Shown here: one piece after another, positions 41,263 to 53,975 of the stretch | How positions within the stretch are numbered: the stretch's first letter is position 1 | Layout: each line of letters starts with the position of its first letter | From: the human T2T-CHM13v2.0 reference genome, Homo sapiens | NCBI RefSeq assembly: GCF_009914755.1 | Contig: NC_060927.1 | Strand: one strand, 5' to 3' | Length of the DNA stretch: 64,000 nt | Made by a program: the position numbers and the translations under genes | The notes under the pieces: generated by a model | The model's database searches: none | Told to the model about the DNA's origin: nothing | Seen by the model: the letters and a program-made list of their open reading frames with translations, nothing else

Positions 41263-41859
41263 CTGAAATGGGTAACAAACACAAGCTGATCTATTTGTAT
41301 GATAATAGTACAGTTAAAAATAAATAGGCTCCCATACTCCTGAAAAATAGAACTACAATTTCAGGAAGCCAGTGAGTTCATTACTTTCTTTTTAACGACC
41401 CAACAAATAACATTTCACACATTATAGTCTTCCACTGGGAACCCTAAAAAAGAAAATTAAGCTTTGTGTCACAGCCTGAATTCTATTGGTATGATATGTA
41501 GCAATCCTACTCACAACAGCAAGATATTAGAGAGGGGGAATACAGGGGAATGGATGGGGAAGGGAGGAGAGTGGGGGAACACTTTGAAATCATATTTGGA
41601 AAGAACTGTGAGACTATCTTTTTTCCACCAAATGCAAAGCATTTGATTTGAACCAGGTGGTGTGTATATTTCACTGAGTTCCGAAAGGGACTTGTAGAGG
41701 TCTTATAAAATTTAGGTCCAAATTGGTAGTTTACTTGGCAATATTGGCATCTTTTCAGTCATTATTCTCCATACTGGAAGTTTATGGGTGCTTTTCTTCC
41801 CATTCACAGTAGCAAATTATCAATAGGATCCCATTAAATGGCCAGTTACCTTCTAGACT

Positions 41860-42145
41860 TACGGTTCTCAAACTTTAACATGCATACAAGTCACCTAAGA
41901 ATCACCTTAGAATGCAAGACAGGACTTGACATCATACATTTCAAACCGGTTCTCGGGATGCTCATGCTAGGGCCCAAAGCAACCCTTTGGGTAGTGTTGC
42001 CAACTGAACTTTCTGCAAGCATGAATATTCTACATCTGGGCTCTCTCACACATACCTACTATTGAGGAACTGGATTTTTAATTTTATTACATTTAAATTT
42101 ATTTAGCCACATGTAGCTAGTGACCACCTTATTGAATACCACAGC
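41860..42145. mobile_element. MER5A and MER3/MER33-like fragments
   Basis: ggttctcaaactttaacatgcat...; tagccacatgtagctagtgaccacc. Confidence 0.6.
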
Positions 42146-42199
42146 TCAAAGATCAACAAGAAAATCTCAGCTGTAACCCTACCAGTGTCCCCTCTCACT

Positions 42200-42725
42200 T
42201 TAAGCTCTCCAAGTGATTCCCATTGTTTTTGCATAAATTAAAAACAAAACTAGCATCTACAAGACTCGGTGTGGTCCAGCGGCTGCCACCTCTCCAGCTT
42301 CCCATATCCTGCTTGCTCTCACCATGTGGCTGTCACTACCCTGGGCTTCTTTCACCACTCTCCTCTCATGCTCCTTTTTCCATGAGATTCATGACATCAC
42401 TTTCCTTCTGCCTCCAACACAACTTTCATTTCTCCTCTTTCCTTAGTTGATTTAGACTCAGTTTTGGGTTTCAGTTCAGAGAAGTTTTCCTTGGAATTCT
42501 TAGCAAGGCCAAGCACTCACATTTCATATTTTCCCCTGTTCATGCCTGTTGTTCTCTGTTAAGAGTTGATGTTTATTTCTGTGGTCATTTGTTAATATCT
42601 AGCTTATCCAACAGGCTGAAATTTAATGAGAGTAGGGACTATATCTACTTCTGCTTATCATTGTATTCCTAGCAATCACCACAGGACATGGCATGTAGTG
42701 TGTGCTCAACATTTATTGAATAATA
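42200..42725 (+). mobile_element. L2 3' end
   Basis: tgtattcctagcaatcaccacaggacatggcatgtag...atttattgaataa. Confidence 0.7.
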
Positions 42726-42734
42726 ATGTTTTAA

Positions 42735-42765
<31 letters not shown>

Positions 42766-42804
42766 CATGTATATATGTGTGTGTACATATATGTAATATA
42801 TATA

Positions 42805-43140
42805 CAGTCACCCCTTGGTATCCCTGGGGGATTGGTTATAGGACCTCCTGTGGATACTAAAATCCATGGATGCTCAAGTCTCTGATTTAAAATGGCATTG
42901 TATTTTCATATTACCTATGTATATCATCCTGTAGGCTTTAAATTATCTCTAGATTACTTACAATGCCTACTACAAAGTAAATGCTACATAAATAGTTGTC
43001 ATACTGTATTGTTTAGGAAATAATGACAAGAAAGTAAAATCTGTACATGTTCAATACAGAGGCAATCTTTTTCAAATATTTTCAACCCATGGTTGGTTGA
43101 ATCCACAGGTGCAAAACCCACAGATAGGGAAGACGACCTA
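42805..43140 (+). mobile_element. MER2 (Tigger-derived) within TA/CA microsatellites
   Basis: cagtcaccccttggtatcc...aaaatccatggatgctcaagtc; TA flanks. Confidence 0.88.
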
Positions 43141-44233
43141 TACATATATATGTATGTATATGTATGTGATACACACACACACACAAATTACTTGGGGTGC
43201 TTGTTAAAAATGCAAACTTCTTTATCTCATGTTTTCAAATTTCAATTTAGTAAAAATGGGGCCCAGAAGTCCTCATTTTTGACAACACTTGAGCTGTATC
43301 TGTTACAAGTTGTCTTTGGGCTCTATGCTGAGAAATCATGTTCAAGGTAGCCCTTGAGGATAGCAAAGTTTTTAGTTTTCTTTTGATGAAAGGGGCACAG
43401 AACAGTAGCATAGTCACCCCCCTTCAAGGACTCAAGGAAGAGCCTTCCTTCCTCTCCCATGACATATTTGAGCAAAGCTGGAGCAGAGCTGAGCAAGGCT
43501 AGAAAGTATTGCTTTCATAAAACATCCATGTGTAGTTTCGTGGTACAGCCAGCAAGCAACTCATCCCAGTAAAAGAAATTATATTAAAGAGCAGCTTGCA
43601 TGGAGTAGGAAAATAACTGAGTATTTGAATATAACTATGATGTAATTGTTCGAAAACACTGCCCCCAATGGCATACTGATGAGTTGTGCTATAATATTTA
43701 AAAGGACAAAAGTAACATGGCCGATTTAAGGGAAAACACATCGGCTAGCAAAGGTCATTTGCTTTATGGATGCAAATCGTTAGTGTGGAGGAGAAAGCCA
43801 GGTAAAGGAGATGAAATAAATCAGGAGAAATCCAACTCAGCAGGAACCCAGCCAAAAGGAAGATGGCCTCTGTTCCTTTCATGTCAAAGGTGGGATTGAG
43901 AAATGAAAGCCTCACTCCTCTATTTTCTCATCTACATTCTGCTGACTGGAAAAATCACAGTCTGAAAGAAAATAGAATTCACTTTTTTTTTTTTAGAAGG
44001 AGGTCTGGGCTGTAAAAGAAGCTTAGTCCTGATGATATGACAGTGCTTCCTTCTTTGGTTTATTCACCACATTTCCTCACTAAGAATTTGTTGAAAGCAT
44101 AGCGTTTCCTCTGGAGCCACATTGCCTGGGTTCACATTTGCCCTTCATCAGTTATTGCCATTACCAATTGGGAAAGTTGCTTAATAATGTCAATGCTTCA
44201 AATTTTCTTATCTGTAAAATGGAGATAATAATA

Positions 44234-44635
44234 CATATGCTCCTTCACTTACCAGGGGATCATGTCCCAATAAACCCATTGTAAGCCGAAAATATATTAA
44301 GTCAAGTCAAAAATGCATTTAATAACCTAGCTTTATTGAACATCATAGGTTAGCTGAGTCTGCCTTAAATGTCCTCAGAGCACTTACATTAGCCTGAAGT
44401 TGGGCAAAAGCTTCTAACGCAAAGCCTAATTTTTAATAAAATGTTTAAAAAATCTCATGTAAATTATTGAATATTGTACTGAAATTGAAAATCAGAAAGG
44501 TTGTATGGATACTCAAAGTATGGTTTCCATATGCATATGGCTTTCCCACTAACATAAAGTAAAAAAAAATCATAAGTGGAATCATTGTAAGTATTCCATG
44601 GAATAGGTACAGATAGTCCTCTACTTACAATGATT
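44234..44635 (+). mobile_element. MER47A (Tigger) nested in MIR; 3' terminus inverted
   Basis: catatgctccttcacttac...taaacccattgtaag...cacttacattagcct.aagttgggcaaaa. Confidence 0.82.
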
Positions 44636-45288
44636 AATACATTTAAAAAGCTTAGAATGACAGTTGCATTGCAGGTACCATACTGGTGTTAACTGGTTTG
44701 TTTTTGTTTTTAAGCACATCTTTATCCTGGTAGAATTTGGAGCCCAGTGAAGGTGGGAGATAAGACAGTACACAATAAACGTACAAATAATCACTAATTT
44801 GTAATCATAGCCATAATAATTATTAATTAATATAGTATGCTATAAAGTAACAAATAGCCTGTGGAAAAAGTAAAATTTAGGGATTGAGAACGCTGGTAAA
44901 GAAGAGGATTTTGCAAAGTAGATGAGTTTAATTATAACAGCAGGCCCATAAGGTGATTATTGTTATTCTCCAAAGTGAAAAAGAGGTTCAGCAGCTTTCT
45001 CAAGATCATACAGCTAGTATGAAAGTCTGAATCTAGTGACCAGGACCATAGTCACCTAGAGGGTCTTGGTTGATCGAACAGAGATGATGCCATGTGGAGA
45101 ACATAATGGAATGAATCATGTGTATCAGGAGAAAAAGTGTTTTAGACAGAGGTGACAGTACAAAGGTAACAAGGAGGTAAGATCCTGGCATGTTAGAGGA
45201 AGAGCAAAAGCTGTCATGACAGGAGTTAAGGAAGGGGAGGTATTTGGTTCAGAGAGATAATGGGAAGGTGCAATTCATGGAGACCATT

Positions 45289-45632
45289 TGTAATGGACTG
45301 AATGTCTGTGTCCCCTCAAAATGTGTTTGTGAAATTCCAACCCCCGTATGATGGTATTAGGAGGTAGGATCTCTTGAGGATTGAATCCTCAAGAATAAGA
45401 TTAGTGTCCTTATAGAAAGAGAGGAGATTGCTTCCTTCCTCTCTGCTCTCCATCATGTGAGGATACAACAAGAAGACAGCCATCTGCAAACCAGGAAGAG
45501 GGCTTTCACCAGAACTTGACCATGTTGGCACCTTGATTTCAGACCTCCAGCTTCCAAAGAACTGTGCTAATGCAGTGCTTAATGTGTAAGCCTCTCAGTC
45601 TATGGTAGTTTGTGATAGCAACCCTATAGCAT
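45289..45632 (+). mobile_element. MLT1A-type MaLR solo LTR
   Basis: tgtaatggactgaatgtctgtgtcccctcaaa...catctgcaaaccaggaagag. Confidence 0.85.
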
Positions 45633-46022
45633 TGTAAGAATTTGGCTCCTGCTTAACAGTAAGATGGAAAGTAATTGAACGATTTTTTGTATTTTTGTAC
45701 ATGATTGTCATGGGAAAATGTTCAAATATATAAGTGAAAAAACAAGGCACCCAAATGTACAAACAATTTAACTCTAGAAAACAACTTCTGAAGAGAAACA
45801 CAAAAACATGTAACAGTAACATGTAACAAATATCTTGTATTTGGAACATGGCTGGCTTTTATTTTCTCTTTGCACCTTTTGGCACTTTTCAAATAATATG
45901 AAATAAGTTTGTATTATATTTATAGCCAGAGAAATATAATATTATTTTCTAAAATATAGGTGGTAGCTAAGCAACTGGAAGTAAAACATAAATATCTGAT
46001 AATATGGTGATCAAACACTTAG

Positions 46023-46151
46023 CTGCTTTAGGCGCTGTGTACACATTACTGATGGTTGCTAAGGAAAACTTCTCACTGAGTCTGGACATTCTGATTAATA
46101 GAAATAAATTTCCGTTACTCAATTGGGGAACAAACACCTTAACTATATTAT
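46023..46151 (-). pseudogene. Pseudo-exon (129 nt, phase 1-1) with dead donor
   Basis: ggtttttccag acceptor; only the phase-1 frame is open: DNIVKVFVPQLSNGNLFLLIRMSRLSEKFSLATISNVYTAPKA; donor CAG|ctaagt. Confidence 0.68.
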
Positions 46152-46279
46152 CTGGAAAAACCAATTTATGCAGACTTGACTTCAGGACAGGAATATTTTA
46201 TTCTCCTTATCATCAGAGGTTTTAGTATCTTTTCATAAACTGGGGATTAAACTTGCTCATTTAAAATTTAGCAGAGTTC

Positions 46280-46504
46280 AATGAGATCACATGGACACAG
46301 GAAGGGGAACATCACACTCTGGGGACTGTTGTGGGGTGGGGGGAGGGGGGTGGGATAGCATTGGGAGGTATACCTAATGCTAGATGACGAGTTAGTGGTT
46401 GCAGCACACCAGAATGGCACATGCATACATATGTAACTAACCTGCACAATGTGCACATGTACCCTAAAACTTAAAGTATAATAATAAAAGAAAAAAAAAT
46501 AAAA
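46280..46504 (+). mobile_element. Young L1PA2/PA3 3' end (~225 bp)
   Basis: gctagatgacGAGttagtg; poly-A; perfect TSD taaaatttagcagagtt. Confidence 0.92.
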
Positions 46505-46889
46505 TAAAATTTAGCAGAGTTTTAAGATAGTCTCTTAAATTTCCTGTGAAGTTTGGAAGATTATAAATTTAGCCTGAATTGATAAAACATTATGTCCTGT
46601 TGAAAAACATTATAATTCTATTATATCTTTGAAATGTTAATTTCGTGTTAGGATTTGGATAAACTATAATTATGTCACAATGATATTCCCCTTAAAAGAA
46701 AATTATATGAATAGAAGGAGAAAATGGGCAGGTATTTTGCATAGGCTTTTATAATTATTCTCTTTCTGCAGTAAATTCTTTCCTCTATACACATTACAGA
46801 CTGACTGGGTGTTTTAGATTAAATAAAAGAAAATTGCGTTTAAAAAGAGTATTTTCTCTATTTCTTATCCCTTAATTAAAATCAAAGAT

Positions 46890-47870
46890 GCTGTGTCCAT
46901 TAGGAATCTATATGAGATCAGTGACAGATAATTCAAATTAGGTTAAGGAATAGGAAGAAACTATCAACACATATAAAGAAACACAAAGATAGCCCCATCT
47001 CTGGAGCTATCTTCAAGGATAGCTGAGTTGAGACCTTGGGCCACACTGTGAGGACCTTGTTTCATTCTGTCTCTCAGCTCCAATTTTGGCTTTGTTGGCT
47101 TAGGTTTAGGCGGCTCTAGGCTCCTCCTTGTGTCTGCAAGGTGTCTGCAGTAGCCTTAACTTCTCATTCTTCCAGTTAAAGACTAGGAGGAAATAGTGAC
47201 ATTCTTTTTCTGGTAGCTTTTTGAAAAGTTCTGAAGTTGATTCTGATTGGCCCATCTAAAATCATGTGCCTGTAATGGAATCAAATTGCAGTGACCAGAG
47301 GAAAGCCAAGATTCAGTTCACCCTGGAAGTCAGTCCTGGTACTCCTTTCTCAATAATGTGGAGGTGAGGGTGGATTTCCAGTTGCAAATCTAGGAAACAA
47401 GTGTTGGGGAGGTATTCATCAAATACTCACAATATAAATATTGCTAGAAAATCCTTTTGTAAGTGTAATAGTCATTATTTGCTGCTTAACAAACAACCTC
47501 AAATATCTCATTGGCTTGTAACAAATATTTTTCTTGCTTTTAAGTCTGTGGGTCAGCTCCACATGTCTAGTTAGTCAATAGCTATCTGAGACATGTTTCT
47601 CTAATGGCAAATGGCATAAAAGCAAAAAAGCTGAGCGAAGATATGAAATGCCTTTTAAGGCTTCAGCTCATAGCTGGGACACTGTCACTTTAGGCCACAT
47701 TCTATCAGACAAGGCAAGTCACATGGCTAAACTGGGCATTAATAGGATGAGGAAATATTCTCTTCCCACTTCAGTGGGAGATAATGCAAAGTCACGTGAG
47801 ACAAGGCAAGGAATTTGTAATTCTAGTAAAGGACAAGGGTGAAGAATAGTGAACAATAATCCAATTTACT
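46890..47870 (-). mobile_element. Two old MLT1 LTRs (~46890-47430, ~47463-47870)
   Basis: MaLR motifs ttgctgcttaacaaacaacctcaaa, aaggcaagtcacatggctaa, ctgattggccc. Confidence 0.65.
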
Positions 47871-48424
47871 AGAGTAAGTTTCTAGCACTCTGTTGATGAC
47901 AAGGTTAGCTGTCAGAATTTCTCTCCTTCAAGTCTTCAAGTACAGTCCATATTCACTTCAAGTAGAGTTTGTTATTAGGATACCCCCAAAATAAAGCCCA
48001 TCATTATTACCCTTCTTTTCAAATTAAGTTACACATGTATATTTATGTTTATATACATATAAATTAAAATTAAAGATAAGTCATTGGTGAAATAACAAAT
48101 CTAACTAATGATTAAAATTATTACTGATGTTTTCCATATAATAGTTTTTGAGTTAACATACTTTACAGAACTCTTCATAGTAGTTCTGGAAGAAGAACTC
48201 AAATGCCAATTCTTGGTTTCCAATTGAAATTTTTAAACTACCTTTGATTTATTCTTTGGGCTTTTTATTTCTAAAAACACACAAAAGAAAGTTAGGTCAA
48301 ATCATCAATAATTCTGATTACCCTAAGGTTTTATTGGTTAGTGTCATAACTTTAATATGAGTTAAATGTATTTTTATGCAGTAATTTGGTAAATCATCTC
48401 AGTAGATAATAGAAAATTACCCAC

Positions 48425-48609
48425 CTTCGTTCTGCCTGATGGATAATATGTTCTAGATGAGCAATTAGATATTAGTTATACGCAGCTGCAGCTCATTCGA
48501 CAAATACTTTTTTCAGTCACACGTTTATCTCTCTTTTTCTGGATAAACTGGCAATATGCCTCATATAGGTCTTTACTGTGCTGTTTTCATGTAGTTCCAG
48601 GCTGCTGAC
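48425..48609 (-). pseudogene. Pseudo-exon (185 nt; phase 1-1 with one frameshift)
   Basis: catcttttag acceptor, AAG|gtgggt donor; QQPGTT*KQHSKDLYEAYCQFIQKKRDKRVT/fs/KKYLSNELQLRITNI*LLI*NILSIRQNE. Confidence 0.7.
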
Positions 48610-48692
48610 CTAAAAGATGTTTGTGCATAATTACACAAGTATGTTATTTCATCTTGAAGATGAGGTCCAATTGTTATTAAAAATAATTACAT

Positions 48693-49074
<382 letters not shown>

Positions 49075-49248
49075 CTATCAATCCTATGTATTTTTTCATT
49101 TAAGCTATCATTTGCAACTATAATAGTTTAAGGACTATATTTCACGACTTTGCAAATAAGGATTGCCCACGTATAGTAGCATATTTGATATATTGGTTCT
49201 GTGTCATTGATGGACTTGCCAATATGCCACAATGGTGTTCCTCTGAAG

Positions 49249-49468
49249 CAGGATTTCTCAACCTTGGTACTATTGACATTACGGGCCAGAAAATTATTTG
49301 TTTGGTGAAGTGAGGTGGGAGGCTGTCCTGTGCATTATGGGATGTGAGCAGTGCCCCTGGTTTCTACCCACTAGAGGCCAGTAGCACCTCTTCCACCCCG
49401 GTTATGACAATCAAAAATGTCTACAAGTTGCCAAATATCCCCTGAAGGGCAAAATCAACCCCACTGAG
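49249..49468 (+). mobile_element. MER20
   Basis: caggatttctcaaccttggtactattgacatt...gacaatcaaaaatgtct. Confidence 0.85.
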
Positions 49469-49682
49469 TGCTATTATAAAGTGATTCCTAATGGATGCTT
49501 ACATATATTACAGCAACCCTCCCCCTTCACCCTGGCAATTTTATTTAAAATTGTTGGCTTGGAATTTCACAAAGGAATAAGGAAGACATTGAGATTAATA
49601 TGTCTCACATAACATGAATTTGGACTATAATGAATTACATAATAAGAGAAAACATTTAGGTACTTTTATTGAAGTGTCCTAC

Positions 49683-49915
49683 ATAGATGTTTTTATGGTA
49701 GTGAGTTTCTGGTCTACCAGATTTCTTTCTGTTCCTTTCATTAGAGATATATTTTTCCCTCTGTTGTCATTGTTGTCATTATTGTTCCCTCAATGACTAT
49801 TAATTTAAAAGTTTGCATTTTTTCACCCTCTTAGCTGTGCAGAATATTTCAGAACAGATGCTGTTGTAAGTGAGCTCCATTATGTCTATGAAAGCTTACT
49901 CTGAGTAGGCAGTTT
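49683..49915 (-). pseudogene. Pseudo-exon (3' end uncertain)
   Basis: ccttttcatttacag acceptor; phase 1 ETAYSE*AFIDIMELTYNSICSEIFCTAKRVKKCKLLN*, then NNDNNDNRGKNISLMKGTERNLVDQKLTTIKTS. Confidence 0.55.
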
Positions 49916-50022
49916 CTGTAAATGAAAAGGGTCCAGGGAGCAAGAATCCTTTATATTTGGAGAGAGAATAATTTTGGATTAATTGAACATAGTTATTAAA
50001 TGATCTCATTCCTTTAGTATAC

Positions 50023-50103
50023 CTGTTGGCAGGGACAACAGATAAGGTTTCAAGATGTCATTTCCACATAAGAATACTTTGGTGAAGTCCACAATCTTGA
50101 AAT
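50023..50103 (-). pseudogene. Pseudo-exon (81 nt, phase 1-1)
   Basis: attttttag acceptor, CAG|gtatac donor; only the phase-1 frame is open: FKIVDFTKVFLCGNDILKPYLLSLPT. Confidence 0.65.
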
Positions 50104-50169
50104 CTAAAAAATTTCATAAGGCTTTCATTTAATTCTGGGCTCTCAAGTGTAAATTGTAGGAAAAATATT

Positions 50170-50320
50170 ACATAGCAGAAAGAATATGGGCTTTGAATAA
50201 ATAGAACTGGATTCCAGTTTTGACTCCCACTTACTTCTGTGAAAAGTTTGACCAAGTTGCTTAAACTCCCTGAATCTCTGTTTCCTCTTCTGTGAATGGA
50301 GATAATGCATTTTATTGATG
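50170..50320 (+). mobile_element. MIR
   Basis: gaccaagttgcttaaactccctgaatctctgtttcctcttctgtgaatggagataat. Confidence 0.8.
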
Positions 50321-50529
50321 AAGACTGGGGAGAGTGGCAGTGTACTGGCTGTGGGAGGATGAATACATCTTGAAAGTTGCATATACTTACTCCCTACACT
50401 TCCCTTTATCCCAATACCAATGATTTCACTAAAAACTCCTTTCTCAGAGTCACCAAAAACCTACTTACTGATAAATCCACAAAACACTTGGCACATTTTT
50501 TCTTGATCCACTGTTCCTTTGTTTTTAAA

Positions 50530-50750
50530 CAAAGGATTAGCAAATATTTTGTATAAAGAGCTAGATAGTAAACACTTGATTTTGTGGGATAGATAGTCTC
50601 TGGCTTATTTACTCAACTCTGCTATCACAATGCAAAAACAGTCATAAACAATATTTAAATGAATGTACATGGCTGTTTTCCAATAATACCTAATTTACAA
50701 AAGCAGAGAGTTGGCCAGATTTGGCCCATGGGAGTAATTTGTGATCCCTC
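50530..50750 (+). mobile_element. MER58A nested in L2 fragments
   Basis: actcaactctgctatcacaatgcaaaaacagtcataaacaat...gatttggcccatggg. Confidence 0.75.
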
Positions 50751-50904
50751 CTTTCAAACCCTCACTGCCTTCCCATTTTATTTGGTATCGTTGAGCTTTC
50801 TGGACACAAGCATTTTATCTCCTATGTCTTTGATCACTCCTGCTTTTTTTTCTGGCCTTCCTCCCTGCCTGTGTATTAATTGTCCAAATTAACAAAACAC
50901 CATT

Positions 50905-51474
50905 GGGGAAGAAAATATTTTCAAAGTATGCATCTGACAAAGGACTAATATCCAGAATCTACAAGGAACTGAAGCAAACCAGCAAGAAAAAAAACTCAAA
51001 TAATACCATTAAAAAGTAGGCAAATGACATGAATAGACATTTCTCAAAAGAAGATTTACAAGCAGCCAATAAACATATGAAAACCTACTCAACATCACAA
51101 ATCAGTAGGGAAATACTAATTAAAACCACAGTGAGATACCACCTTGCCCCACCACAATGGCCATTATTAAAAAGTCAAAAAACAGTAGATTTTGGCATTG
51201 ATGTGGTGCAAAGGGAATACTTACACACTACTGGTGGGAATGTAAACTAGTACAACCTCTATGGAAAACGATGTGGAGATTACTAAAAGAACTAAAAGTA
51301 GATCTACCATTTGATCCAGCAATCCTACTTCTAGGTATCTATCCAAAGGAAGAAAAGTTACTATATTAAAAAGACATCTGCATGTGTATGTTTATGGCAG
51401 CACAATTAACAATTGCAAAGACAGGGAGTCAACCTAAGTGTCCATCAACCAATAAGTGGATAAAGAAAATATGG

Positions 51475-51523
<49 letters not shown>

Positions 51524-51925
51524 CTGTGTGTATATATGCCATGAAATACTGCTTAGTCATAAAAAAGAATAAAAAATGTCTTTTGCAGCAACTTGGATGG
51601 ACTCGGAGGCCATTATTCTAAGTGAAGTAGCTCAGGAATGGAAAACCAAATATCACAAGTTCTCAATCATAAGTGGGAGATGAGCCATGGGTACGCAAAG
51701 GCATACAGAGTGGTATAAAAGACATTGAAGACTCAGAAGCTGGGAGGGTTGGAGGAGGGTAGGGGATAAAAAACTACATATTCAGTACAATGTACACTAC
51801 TTGGGTGACAAGTGCACTGAAATTCCAGATTTCACCACTATACAATTCATCTATGTAACCAAAAACCACTTGTACCACTAACGCTACTGAAATTTAAAAA
51901 ACAAAAAAATAGAAAAAGAGAAATT
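50905..51925 (+). mobile_element. L1PB/L1MA1-type 3' fragment with (TA)n(TG)n
   Basis: ORF2 C-terminus (MNRHFSKEDLQAANKHMK), 3'UTR, poly-A; TSD accattggg(g)aagaa. Confidence 0.9.
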
Positions 51926-52289
51926 ACCATTGGGAAGAAGAAGTAGATGTGTTTCAAAATGATACCTTCATTTCCACTCTCAAGCCCTTACCTTCTGCAT
52001 GAAGTCCAAGTCTCAGCAAGGCATGGGAGGCTCATTATTATTTGATCTCTGCCCACCTTCCCATCTTGTCATCAACTCCCTCATTGCCTGCTGGCTGTCC
52101 CAAGCTATTTGCATTTTCCCAAATTGTCTGATGTTTTTTCTTATCCCTGGGCTTGGCACATATGAGTTCTTCCAGGCAGATTTTTATTTTACCTTTTCTT
52201 CTAGAAAGGTTGTATTCCTCCTTGTATTTTATCTTAGTTAGCTTCTATATCAGCATTTCTTGTATTTTATGGTGATTGTTTACATTTTT

Positions 52290-53050
52290 AAAGTCAGAAT
52301 GACTAAAATAAAAACTAAAAATAATGCCAGTCTCAGATGTTGATGAGAATACAGAGAAGCTGAATCATTCATGCATTACTAGTGGGGTTGTAAAATGGTA
52401 CAGCCATTCTGGAATACAGCTTGACAGTTTCCTAAATATCCAAACTTCTAATTTCCATACAGCCTAGCAATTGTACACTTGGGCATTTATTCCAGAGAAA
52501 TGAAAATTTATGTTCATGCAAAACTAGTACATGAATGTTTATAACAGTTTTATTTCTAATGGTAAAACACTAGAAAGAACCCTTATGTTCTTCCACAGGT
52601 GAATGGTTAAACAAACTGTGGTACATCCATATTATTGATATACACAGCAACCTGACTATTGTGTAATAATTTCCAGGGAATTATGCTTAGTGAAAAAGCA
52701 ATCTCAGAAGATCACATATTTTATGACCCATTTTATAGCATTATTGAAATGACAAAATTATAGAAATGAAGACCAGATTAGTGGTTGCCAGTGTTTAAGG
52801 TTAATGGAGTGGGAAGTAGAGATGTGGGAGGAAAGTAGATTTGATTATAAAAGGGCTACATTTGGGATCCTTTTGTTGATAAAATTGTTCTATGTCTTGA
52901 CTGTATCAATGTCAATATCCTGGTTGTGATATTATAGCAAGATATCATTCAGGGGAAATTGAATAAAAGTACATAGGATCTATCTGTTATTTCTTACAAC
53001 TGTATATGTATCTACAACTTTCTAAAATTAAAATGTTTAGTTAAAATATA
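52290..53050 (+). mobile_element. L1MC/MD 3' end
   Basis: taaaatggtacagccattctgg...gattagtggttgccag...gtcaatatcctggttgtgatatt. Confidence 0.82.
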
Positions 53051-53373
53051 TCAGTCTGGTTGATTTCTATGATATAATTATGGTTGGACTGCTATGGGAA
53101 TGCAAAGAAAGGACACTACACCTATTCTTGGAGGTCAAAATAGCAGAGAAGGCATTAAGGGGAAGGTGGTTTTCGATTTGGATCCTGAAGATAGAACAAA
53201 CATTACACAGAGGAACAAGAAGAAGAAGGTTCTGCTAAGTTGATGAAATGTCAAAAGTCAGGAGTGTCTGGGGCACTAGTCAGGTCATGGAACAATTCAT
53301 GTTCTGGAGGACATTCTATGATTCATGTCTCTATTCTCCACAGTAGAGCTTAAGTCACATAATTGATGTTCAG

Positions 53374-53835
53374 TGTTCTAAGTTCAGGTACTTCAGAGAA
53401 ACAGAACCAATAGGATACACTACAGAGAGAGAGAGAGAGAGAAAGAGTTATTGTGGGAATTGGCTCATGTAATTATCGAGGCTGAGAAGTCCCATTTGAA
53501 AGCTGAAGGGCCAGAAATGCCAGTGGTATAATTCAGTTAAGTCCAAAAACCTGAGAACCAGGAGCTACTATGTCTAAGGGCAGAAGGACACAGATGTCCC
53601 AGCTCAAACAGGGAGAGGAAATTTATCCTTCTTCTATCTTTTTGTTCTATTTGGGCCCTCAAAGGACTGGAGGATGCCCATCAACATTGGTGAGAGCCAT
53701 CTTCTTTACTCAGTCTACTGATTAAAATGTAAATTTCTTCTGGAAACTCACTCACAGACACACCCAGTAACATTTTCACAACTCTCTGGGCATCTCTTAG
53801 CCTAGCCAAATATACACACAAAGTTAACCATCATA
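53374..53835 (-). mobile_element. MLT2 ERVL solo LTR
   Basis: cagagaaacagaaccaatagga, (GA)n, tcttctttactcagtctactgatt, aaccatca end. Confidence 0.85.
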
Positions 53836-53975
53836 GCCAGGTGTGGTGTCATGTGCCTATAGCCCCAGCTAGTCAGGGAGGCTGAGGCACAGGATTTCTT
53901 GAGCCCAGAAGTTTGAGTCCAGCCTGGGCAACATATGAGACCCTCATCTCACTTAAAAAAAGAAGAAGAAAAAAT
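53836..53975 (+). mobile_element. FLAM (Alu monomer)
   Basis: Single arm plus A tail; TSD aagttaaccatcata/aaattaaccgtcata. Confidence 0.85.

Noticed and set aside
45372-45394. 11-bp-arm hairpin tcttgaggatt-g-aatcctcaaga
   Set aside because: Derives from a quasi-palindrome native to the MLT1A LTR.
49835-49865. 31-nt plus-strand exon-like segment (cttag...|gtaagt)
   Set aside because: Isolated and overlaps a minus-strand pseudo-exon; likely chance.
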